64,000 nt of DNA from Camelus ferus (Eukaryota), in assembly GCF_009834535.1 (NCBI RefSeq), contig NC_045697.1, positions 103,976,001-104,040,000 on the forward strand, given 5' to 3'. The notes under the pieces were generated by a model. The model saw nothing but the letters and a program-made list of their open reading frames with translations. It made no database searches and was not told the origin of the DNA. Numbering within the stretch: the stretch's first letter is position 1; each line of letters opens with the position of its first letter. The position numbers and the translations under genes were made by a program. Below, piece after piece: positions 53,440-64,000 of the stretch.

Positions 53440-53690
53440 AGGTTCGGGGGGAAGTAGAGGGATGGAGGAATAAATTGGGAGTTTGGGAATTGCAGATACT
53501 AACTACTGTACATAAAATGGGCAAACAACAAGTTTCTACTGTATAGCACAGGGAACTAAATTCAATATCTTACAGTAACCTATAATGAAAAGGAATATAT
53601 GTACGTATATGCATGACTGAATCATTATGTTGTGAACCAGAAATTGACACAACATTGTAAACTGACTATACTTCAATAAAAAAAAAAAGA
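53440..53690 (+). mobile_element. Short L1 3'-end insertion
   Basis: ataaattgggagtttggg…ctgtatagcacagggaac…aactgactatacttcaataaaaaaaa. Confidence 0.85.
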
Positions 53691-54860
53691 AACTGGAAGA
53701 AAAAAATAATGTACTTCTATCTGGAATATTAAATTAATTAATTAATATCATCAGAAAAAGAATAGAGGGGCACATTATTTTTAAAATTTCAATGAATTAT
53801 ATTCGGGTACTTCTATTATTTGAATTCAGCTCTCATTTTACAAATCTGAGTCCCCAGTATGCATTAGTTTCTCATGATCTGAATGCTACTCCAAGGATAC
53901 ACAAATCATAGTTTCATAGGATTAAGAGCTAAATGGTCAGGGAAGAGAGAAGTGGAAAAAGTCTAAAAATCTCTCTCAAGGAGCTAATTCTTTGAAAGGC
54001 TGTCTAAAGAGATCAGCTCTTTTCTTTTAGGAGCCAATTGTAGTGATGTCCTATGTGAAGAACACTTGAGGGTCTACTGAGAGAGGTACGCTTTCATAGG
54101 GGCAAATGAGATTAGCAACCAAGGTGAAAAAAATCTTTGAGCAACCAAAGAGACAGAAATTTTTGTAAACAGCTACATCCAAGGTAAAAAATGCTCTGAC
54201 TGACTCAGCTCAGGCAGCTGAAGACAAAGTCCACCTCCAGGAACATTTGACTGCTGATTCAGACTCCTGATTCAGAGCCATAAAGAATTAAAACATTATG
54301 AGCCAGGCAAGACAGGATTCCAAAATAATGGGTCCAAATTAAGTATGCTAAAGAAAATTCAGTATTTGTTGAATGTCTGGCTTTTTTATTTTTTATTTTT
54401 TGATCAATCCTTAAAACAGAAAGGTGAATCTAAGTTTATATGCAATTCCACTGTTAAATCATGTCAGAACTGTTAACATTTTGTATTAAAGTGATAAAAT
54501 CCAGAATTTAGAGGTTTTAAAATAACAGAAAAACCTATAAGGTGTTCTTTAATGGAGTAAAGTAAAGGAGGCACTCTTACTGTTGAATGTCTCTGAATCC
54601 CTACAACTACCTCTTTGCTTTCATAGGTTAATAGTTTTCAGTGAGCACCTGTCCCTTAGTAAAACACAAGATGAAATTCTGAGATGCAGACACTGTTTTG
54701 CAATTGAGTTGATTCTTGCATGGGCATTTCTCTTTGTTTATACAGCAAGGATATACTCAGAGGACCTCCAGATAGGATGGTGACAAATATGACATATAGA
54801 GAAGCTTTGCTACAAATCTTTATGTTATTGCAACTAAAGAAAAATTTAGCAACATTAATA

Positions 54861-55565
54861 CCATGTTTCACTTATTCTAAAATACACACATTCCCACATT
54901 TTAACATTTCTGAAATCACGATCCATCACAACAGGTGGCATTTTATAATCTCAGACAGGGAGCAGTCAAGTCACAGTTGTTGCTGAACTCATCTGTGTTC
55001 CTGGAGATGACCTACGATTGCAATGCTTTGATCTTTCTGTCACAACTACTTAAAGATAATTTCAGAAAGGAATATGGGGACTCGCTGTTTTCTAAAAGTC
55101 TTTCCCTGAAATTTTCTGGAAGACAAGAAAGTGCCACCTTAAAAACTGGAGATTGAATGTCCATGACTTGGCAGAAATCCTGGAGGTGATACTGGAGCAC
55201 TTATTTTAAGAAAGGCTATATAGCATCAGTGTTCTTGATTTCACAAAAGATGACAGGTATGAGAAAAAAAAGATAGTGACAATTCCGAGTTTAAAAGCGA
55301 TTCAGAAGAATTGGGCTTTGAATGCAAAGATGTTTGAGGAGTGTAATAAATTTACTTTGCTTATATTTTCTTTTTACATGAATTCTCAAGAGTAATTATA
55401 AAAATACCTATGTATAAATGAGTCTAAAGTAGCTTTTATTAAGTATAAAATCAAAATTCTAACCAATAAGAAAAGTAATGTCAATTTAGTTAGAATATTT
55501 TTCTTTCTTGGGTATGTTAAGGTGTATCTTCCAATAGGAAGAATCTTAGATTCAGTGAAATCCGG
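54861..55565. mobile_element. Tc1/mariner Tc2-group DNA transposon fossil (MER104/Kanga-like)
   Basis: Degenerate terminal inverted repeats ccatgtttcacttattctaaaat (54861-54883) and atcttagattcagtgaaatccgg (55543-55565), TA before the left end, and internal cacattttaacatttctgaaatc. Confidence 0.7.
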
Positions 55566-57399
55566 AAATAAAGCTACTCCTTCAGTGTAATGGATTAGGT
55601 TAGTTCATTGGCTACTGAATGATGCAAATTTTCTGGGAAGTTTAAAATTCACATTGTACTTATAAATGTGTGCACATGATATGACTGGAACATAATGAGA
55701 CTGAACAACTTGAAACTGGTCTAATTACTTTATAGGACTAATAAATCTCTATCTGTATTGACTCATTTTAATTTAATTTTATGCAAAAATCAATGTAACT
55801 AATTTTTTTTGTTTTTGTGTTTTTGTCATGTGTGTGTAGCCATAAAGCAATCAAATATTCACTGTTCTGGTTGTATGGTGGACATCAAAATATTAACAGT
55901 TCTAACCTCACACATTTTTTTGCAAAGTGGTTCTTATTTCCCTGATTGTAGTTAAAATAGCAAAATTTAACATGCACCCAAATCTCTGAGCAAACAGAAC
56001 TCACCACAGAATCATTTTTTCCATGAATGTCTACGATAAATAATTGATGAGCTCTATTATTACCATATGCGATAAATAGTTGGAAAAGCGCTTCTTGAAA
56101 AAGTAATATAAAAGGTAATATTTGATTTTTAGTGGCAAGAAGTTGAGATTTTTTCACATCAGAAATGGTCAGTAAATGGAATAATAACTTCATGCAAAAA
56201 CATTTTCGTACATTTAGAATATTCATAAAATAACCCCATGAATGGAATGTTTGTGTTAGCATCACTATCAGCCAAATTAAAATTTGTCTGGATGTTTTAC
56301 AAAATCAACTAGAATGAGTTGGGAAATCATGTTCACAACCAAGGGGAGTTATATAAGATTAGGATTCATACTCGACTTGGAAAAAATGTCTAGCTGCCTT
56401 GAAACACTGACTAAAATGAAGTATTGTGTCTAAATGCTGTGTTTCTATGATCTGTATGGAAATAAACACAGCAGCTCTGAGGATCATTATTCCATGGTCT
56501 TTGATCTGTACTAAGCATTTAATAAAACTAGTCTTTAAGTGTCAAAAAAGATGGGAGAATTGTATGGTATATGAATTATATTTCAATAAAGCTGTTATCT
56601 AAAAAAAAATAAAACCTTTAAAAAATTTATAAAATGTGAGAGGTAGTTTGTTCTTGCAAGTGTCCCTTAGCAGTGAAATCTCAGGTATCACTAAAGTCAC
56701 CTAGACAAGGGACAAAATGCTTAGAAAGAAATACAGTTTCTAGCAGAGTGCTTGGTGTATATAAGGCTTTCATATATTTTTGAATAAAGAAATGGTTGAA
56801 AATTTGAGATGGGAAACATTTATGCAGCACACATAAAAATTAAGCTTCAAAAAAAAAAAAAAAAAGAAAAAGAGGTAAGTTTCCAGGTAAGTCATGAGAA
56901 TGTCATTGGATGTTTAGAGTCCATGGCTATAAACTGTGTCCTGAATATTTCAGTAATATCAAGAATATTTTTTTATTTCAGGAACATCTTTTGAGAGACT
57001 ATCAAATGCCCTAGAATGTTCTAGAGACAGGGGAATATGGTTCCTGCCCTTCAACAGTTTCACTTTCAATTTGGAGAGATAAATCTATGCATTTGTATGT
57101 GGGATGAACTGTGTTAAGCACTGATAACACATACAAATAGCCAACAGGTACATGAAAAAAAAATACTCAATATTGCTAATTATCAGGTAAATTTAGTCTT
57201 AAAAGCCAGTCAAAAGGATATGGAGCCAAATCTAGGGAATACGATGGTGATCTCAAAGCATCTACACAAATCTGAAAAATGGTAATATGCGTTGAGGGGA
57301 GACATCTTTGAACTATAAGCTGCATAAAACGTTCTGTGTGCTTATAGTCACAGGCTATATGCTCTATTCTCATGTTTCCTCCTCCTCTCCCCTAATCCA

Positions 57400-57760
57400 G
57401 GTCTTCAGCACAGACTGGGGGTCGCTGCTGTTAACCATCCAACTTTCTCCAAAAGTTTCTCCCTCTTTAGCGTCTAGCACGCTCAGCCAATCTCCATTCT
57501 CTCATTTTTCCTATATCTCTCATTTCCCCAGTACTTTACTGACATTGAGGTCTCTGCCCACCCAAAGCTGGCTGCTTCCAGAGTTCTGTCCAAGGCCTTC
57601 CTCTCCCCTCCATTAAATGCTTGTTATGGGCAACTTCGTAGACTGCTATGGTGTGTCCTAACTCCTATGTACACATGCCCAGCGCATCTGTATTTCCAGC
57701 TGTTATTTTCACCCTGTACTTCACATCCGTATTTCCAATTGTCTGGACATAATTAGTATG
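57400..57760 (+). mobile_element. L2 fragment
   Basis: cagagttctgtccaaggccttc…atctgtatttccagc…tccgtatttccaattg. Confidence 0.5.
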
Positions 57761-58229
57761 CAAAGGAAGATAGTTCCCTCCAAGTGAAGTCATCTGATGA
57801 TGAGACTGATGGCATTTTTAAATTACTCTTTAGGAAACTCCTTCATAGTGTTGTGGTATAAAGCATTCCCAAGTAATTTAATGAATTTTGCCCCAAAATA
57901 GGATTACCCACAGAGATTCTTTTCTATGTTTTCTAAACATGGCTGTAGATCCTTCTGGCTGTTCCCAAAGACGAAACCCATCTCTCAAACAATGATGTGC
58001 TGCTCTAGGGGCTATATAAAAGAATATGCCATAAGCTCAGAAAGTATTTCAAAGAAGTTTTTAAAGGAGGTAGTGGCAGGATTAGAGGTGTAAACTTGAA
58101 TAACCTCCCAAGATTTGATGAGAACAACATTGACTTTCATAGATATGTTGTGGCATGTTTGTAAAAATAAATTAGATTGCTTTAAAATCTTTTTGCTTAA
58201 ACCATGTGTGCTATGGTGGATATTAGAAA

Positions 58230-58400
58230 GATCTAGGCTTGAATCCCAGCTTTGCCTCTTAGATGAATAATACTAATCACATCTGCACCTTTTCTCATTT
58301 TTGAAATGGCCGTAAGTTCTCATGAGATGAAAAACTGCATATATGTATAGTCTGGCACATAGTAGTGATTCAATAAATGATGGCTGGTATTATTATTACC
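58230..58400 (+). mobile_element. MIR fragment
   Basis: ctaggcttgaatcccagctttgcc…tctggcacatagtag…caataaatg. Confidence 0.7.
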
Positions 58401-61400
58401 TCTCAGAGAAATAAAAAGAAATCACACCCACAGCTCTCTACTTGTCTCCCACTAGTCAAGAAGAAAAATTCAGCTAAGTGTTACTTTTTGAAAAATCTTC
58501 CATTATGTAATGAATTAAACATCATAATTTGAATGCATACTGTGCAAGACAAACACAAAGCCCTGGTGTCTATTTTCTAGAGGGGCAGAGCCATAGAACT
58601 TTTTGTTTACTTGAATATCAGGTACTATCAATGCGTTCTTTTGTCCTTTCTTATTGATAAAAGAATGCTCTACATACCAGAATTAGTATATGTTATTACA
58701 TATTGAATGGAATTTTACATTCCCAAAGGTGTGAGTGTTGCCTTTTATGATTCTGTCCTCACTTTCTCATAACAAAATTATGAATAATCTTCTACACTTA
58801 AACATCGTTAAATTCTCCAGAAATACTATGAATTGTTTGAGGAATATTTCAAGTGCAGATACGGAGTAAAATACCATGAGAGGTGCACTCATTACTTTAA
58901 ATATTTGTTTTGTGGAACAACTAAAATGGTATTAAGAGAACTCGAGGGTATAAAAATATTAGTAAATAAAATAGTATACTATTTAGAATTTTAAGCAAAG
59001 TTGGAGATTTCTAGGACTAGAAATGTTTTCTCAAATTGGTGTTAACTCGAAGATCTTTCTTGGACTGCAAGTTTAAAGAAAAATTGATGAAATAAGAAAA
59101 AAAGTAGAGACTTCTTTCATATTATTTTAAAACCTTAGGGAAAAATGATCATTTTTATTTAGCTAAAATGAATTCACTGGAGCATACTTATGTTCATGTT
59201 TCTAAAAGTGGATATATTTTTGATGGAAGCACATTTTGGATTAGGTTTGTCTAGCTGAGGATTGTTAAATCACAACATACACAAACAAAAAAGCAAGTTC
59301 AGTGAACAAGAAACACAAAATAGTATAAATAAAACTATTGCTGTGTGAGTTGAGTTGTTTTTCTCCCAGAGGAGCAACAGATCTCTAAAACATCCAAAAT
59401 TATCTGGAACTTGCTCTAACATTCGTGCTAGAGAAAAAGGCTTTCTTTTATAAATTATATGCTCCACTCAATGAATGTGCGGTGCTATAGTCAGCAAAGC
59501 TGTTAATAAAGCATCTGAAATAGAAACAGTTTATGCTGCTGAAAGGCTTTCCAACTTTAAAAGTTAGCAATAGATTTAGAAACCAGTCTTTCTTTGGAAG
59601 GGAAAGAATCAAATATTGTCTTACAGAAAAGCTACAGATTATTTGTGTAAGTTAAAGGACAAGGTTAAAATGTTACACAAATATTAATTCCGGTTTTCTA
59701 TATGCAGTGCACAGGTGCAACTTGAACAGCATATTATATGGTATAATCATTAAATTCATTCAACCAGACCTTAGAGAGTTAAAAACATATATTCTGAGGA
59801 ACAGGACTCCTCGGTCCAAAGAATGAGAATGAAACAGCGCAGAATATTTGTGTATCAAGGTGATTCCAGTTTCCAACTGGGAAAACAGGACTGTTAACAC
59901 CCACATCCCCTGACAACTGTCCAATTATGTATATCACACTTGGCCTACTGTTTGCAGTAGAAGTAATCAATAAAGGATGTGGTTGAGTGAACATAGATTT
60001 TGGTTGAATCAATGCATGAAAACTTAATCATTTACTCAGAGAGAAGAAATCAAATAGAGCAAAGATGAAACAGCCACTAAGGGGTTTGTTGATTGTGCCA
60101 CCAAGTTTGTGGGCCACAGATGAAAGTAATAAGGCAAATGGAATCAGTGACAGGAGAAAATGTAAAAAGCTATTCTTAATTTCATGAATTAATAGAAATG
60201 TTTTGATGTATTTTGGGGGGGTCGTTTTTAGGAAATTTCGCATCAACCCTGGATGTTCCATTTTAAAGAATATATGAAAATTACTAGGGCATGTCATTTC
60301 TCTCAAGCAAGAAGAAATTAATTTTCAGCTATAACAGAAAGGTAATTTTCACAGTGGAAACTTTGTCCTGATTGATTTCAAGATCTCCACCGTGGAAAGT
60401 TTTCTAGGAAATAATTTAACCCAAGTTTGTGAGAAAATTTACAGTTGGTAAGGAACAAACCCACAGATGGGTTAGTTCTGACCAGTCTGTCTTGCACAAC
60501 TCTCATTTTTGTGATTTTTTCCCCCCTAGATTCTTTTTAAAAGTCATCCTGCTTATTTGGAGAGTTGTAGCATTTCAGTAAATGAGCTAAAAAATGCCAT
60601 GAAGAATATTGAGGATTTTTCCTCCTCTGTATTTACTCAAATTGTTTATCTATGCAATAACAATATTTACTTGGTAATTTCTCAACTCACTCTCTGTTTT
60701 ATGAACCATAATTCTGGTTTTTATAGCTTTGTCACAGGCAATTGTTAACATTTTAGAATATCAACTCTTTTTTTTCCCCACTAGTATTCCAAGTGTGGGG
60801 GCGGGGAAGACACTGTAAATGCTTATTTTCTGTTATGCTACTTAAACCCTTCTGCAATCAATATTATGCAGACCAATAGCAAAAAATACCCCAGCTCACT
60901 ATTAAAATCTTCATCAATAACCCTAATACTAAGACTGGGCCTACAATTACCAAGTGGGCAACTGTATTACCAAGTCCCGAGTCTTGAGCAAATGTGGTAT
61001 GTTTTTCAACTGAAGGCTTAGTATAAATTCTTATAACCATTTTAGAAGCCTCCAGCCTTACAGCTTATTCACCTTTCATGAATGCTCAGCTGATGGCCTT
61101 AGACACACACTTAGCCTAGACATGGCTATCCTCTTCCATTTCCTTTAAAGAGATAAAATATGTTTATAGAGATAGGGCTCCCATTAGCGAAACTTGTGGG
61201 ATTGCACAGGGTAGGAGACAGAGATTTAGAGGTAAAGCTAAGCTTCATTCGCAGCCTGATTTATTTCTCAGTCACCACCACCATAATTTCCTCTGTTTTG
61301 GCTGTGTTCCATTGTTTGCATGTCATTGCTTATCTGAGCACAGTTTAGAACTATGAAACGGATATACATGTGTTTGTGTGTGTGTGCGTGTGCATGTGTG

Positions 61401-62234
61401 CATCAAAGAAAACTAAGCCCTTGAAGCAAAATTTTCTAAAAATGACCACAAAATGTGTATCAAAGCACTTCTAGTGATTAGTGGACTCGATTTAATAAGG
61501 CTTCTCAGACATCCAAGGTGCTGTTGTCTACTTGTATAGAATTTTTGTTTTTAAAGCCTCTGTCTGTCTCTAAAGGTCTTTTGCACAAATGGTGAAAGAC
61601 TATACCGAGGTTTACATTGCCCTGAGCGCTCCTCCGTAACCACCAACAGTGCTGCAAAACGGCAGATTTGGAGTGGAAAGTTTGCGGTGGCATCAGGACA
61701 CTATTTCCTAATGACCTCAGAGTAAGCACTTCCTGTACTCTTTTGTGCATTACATAACATTATACAATTAAGAACCTATATCTACCGCACAAATCATTGA
61801 TGGCTGCATTGGTATTTTAGCAGATGGGAATTCTTATAAGTGGAATTCACTTTCATTTGGTATACAGGTGAGATGGGGGTATGTTTTCTTGCCCATTATA
61901 TGTTTGCGCCAAGGCAGGCTGCTAGAGTGTTCAGAGTGCTGGGCTATAACCACCCCCAATCCTACCTGAAACATACCCTACTTCATGATGCATCAAATAC
62001 AGCTGGATCCTTTTTCACACCCCCAACCCCAAATAGTACTTAAGCAGCCAAATGAGCACATTTTGATTGTTGTTGTTGTTGCCAATATTTATCAGATAAT
62101 TGCTTTCAGCCCTCCCCTTAGCTTTTAGTGTACAGATCAAGAACTCAAATCCTGGAGTGGAGACCAACATATTCCAGATGAGACACCAGTTTAACAGGTG
62201 AGAATATCTGAAGATAAACTCAGGTCTCCAGAAG

Positions 62235-62328
62235 TTTCAAAAATAATTATAAAGACTATCAATAACCCAAAATAGTTATAAAGACTATCAGTATATCAAT
62301 TTCAAAAATAGTTATAAAGACTGTCAGT
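62235..62328 (+). repeat. Three-copy imperfect tandem repeat of aaaata(a/g)ttataaagact(a/g)tca
   Basis: Copies begin at ~62238, ~62268 and ~62303. Confidence 0.85.
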
Positions 62329-63080
62329 CCAACACTTGTCCTGTGACACAGTAAGTGCTTAATATATGTTCATAAAAGAAAATATTTTTCTTTGAGGTTT
62401 TATGTCTTTAGTTATGTTGGGACACAATGTCATTTTGTAGAAATTATTTTATAAACATGTTAATGGATGCACTTATTTCATTGTACAGGTTTAGGCCAGG
62501 TCTGCTACTACAAAGCAAGACCAATAATCCAACCATTTTCTACTGATTCTGGGAAGGGTTAACAGCAGACTCATGTAATTTAATAATCAAAATGAGCCGG
62601 ACAAAAAGGCACAAAGTGGGTATGTCCAAACAGACATTAAATTGAATCCTTACATGTCTCTTTTTTGTCTTCAAATATGTTTCTTTCTGGTAGTTATTTG
62701 AAAAGTAAAAGTTTAAGGGATAGCTGGATTGATTGTCCATGGACTGGTTATCAATTTTTATTTGAAAGGACCACAACACTCATGGGTTGCTTGCTTTCCC
62801 ATGGCTCGCCCTGCCTTCCTTGAGTAAATGTCCATACTCTCCTTATAAGTCTGTCTGTCCCTAACCATTCATCCAGCGTGGACTGCATTGCATTTTTTTT
62901 TTTTTGTAGGGCACCTTTCATTTCATTGGTGTTGTATTTTAATATTTCATTAATTATTTATATAATATTGAATGATGATTATATTGGTAATGGTAATTAT
63001 GCATTGATGATCCACTTTCAATGTACGAGGCATTTTAAATCTTTTGAATAGCAATTTTACCTTTTAAAACATCACCTTGT

Positions 63081-63389
63081 TTTTTTAATTTTTTTCCTTT
63101 TTTTTATTGACGTATAGTCAGTTTATAATGTTGTGTCAATTTCTGGTGCACAGCATAGTGTTTCAGTCATACATATACATACATATATTCTTTTTCATAC
63201 TCCTTTTCATTATAGGTTACTACAAGATGTTGAATATTGTTCCCTGTGCAACAGTATAAACTTATTCATCTATTTTATATGTACTAGTTAGTATATGCAA
63301 ATCTCAAACTCCTAATTTATCCCTTCTCACCCTGTTGCCCCCCTGGTAACCATAAGTTTGTCTTTTCTATGTTTGTGAGTCTGTTTCTG
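63081..63389 (-). mobile_element. Short L1 3'-end insertion
   Basis: Poly-T then ttgtgtcaatttctggtgcacagcatagtg…ctggtaaccataagtttg. TSD taaaaca(t/c)caccttgt at 63065-63080 and 63390-63405. Confidence 0.88.
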
Positions 63390-64000
63390 TAAAACACCAC
63401 CTTGTATGTGTTTACCACTGAAACACAAATGGGAAGAAATTAGAATTTGACACAATCTATACCTAATTATTATTACTACTACTAAAATTTTTTTAAAGCT
63501 ACATCTTGGATATAACATACCAAAAACCAAGGCCTTAACTTTAATAGCTTTTCTCATTCTGTCTTGCTTAAATATAATGCAGTGATTAAATGGAGTACAC
63601 AATGATCACAATAAAATGAGCGAGGGGCACATAATATATTTTCCATGGAAAAATTTCTATCAAAAGTTGTTCATGTATACTTTTGTTGAATTTTCTATTT
63701 TAAAGGAAATTGTTTTTTTTTTTTTTTTTTTGCGCCAACTGCTTATCCAGATATGCTCAAAGGAGAGATGTCTTAATGGAAGAAGCATGATTGAAGCATA
63801 AGATGGAAACTTTCCTCAAGGAAGAGATCTGGAAAGGTTACAGTGAGCCACAGTTACTGAAGCGTACGATATACCTCTGTGCTATCGGCTCTTCGAACCT
63901 GTGAGATGTGACCTGATTTTTCCCTCGCATTCAAGGTCACCGCTAAACTTACCAAAAATCAAAAATAAAATAATACGAAAGAGGGATAGACAAAGAAGGG

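Noticed and set aside
62235..62328. CRISPR-like repeat-spacer appearance
   Set aside because: Only three degenerate copies with very short spacers, mammalian context, and no cas genes.
740..63801. The remaining 60-126 aa ORFs in the track
   Set aside because: No recognisable domains or splice-consistent structure, many start at non-ATG codons, and their number and length are as expected by chance in AT-rich intron and repeat DNA.
52040..64000. Preceding TTC29 exon
   Set aside because: I found no sequence encoding the expected upstream peptide. It probably lies beyond the window.

Overview
AT-rich, CpG-poor mammalian genomic DNA, not prokaryotic. Two tRNA-Ala-derived Vic-1-like SINEs and no recognisable Alu, Bov-A/BovB or PRE-1 elements point to a camelid (camel, llama or alpaca); this is an inference. 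The window lies inside TTC29 (tetratricopeptide repeat protein 29, sperm flagellum/cilia) on the minus strand. Only two internal coding exons are visible (51916-52039 and 46012-46240). They have canonical AG/GT boundaries and splice in frame. Everything else is intron, including at least 46 kb downstream of the second exon with no further exon that I could find. The introns contain L1 pieces (a ~5.6 kb degenerate element and several short 3'-end insertions with target-site duplications), L2, MIR, MLT1-type LTRs, MER5/Charlie and Tc2 DNA transposon fossils, and microsatellites. Nearly all other ORFs in the track are spurious or L1 remnants. I found no evidence of a new protein-coding system. 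The points most worth a second look are: a CpG-enriched, motif-dense enhancer-like block at ~28.3-29.4 kb and other homeodomain/POU clusters, possibly serving POU4F2 (TTC29's neighbour in human, recalled and not visible here); a 31-bp exact copy of local sequence plus hairpin repeats at a junction in an old L1, resembling a templated-insertion repair scar; an unexplained ~130-bp nested palindrome; and a YY1/ETS element near a TTC29 exon. Repeat subfamily names and repeat boundaries are from recognition by eye and are approximate.
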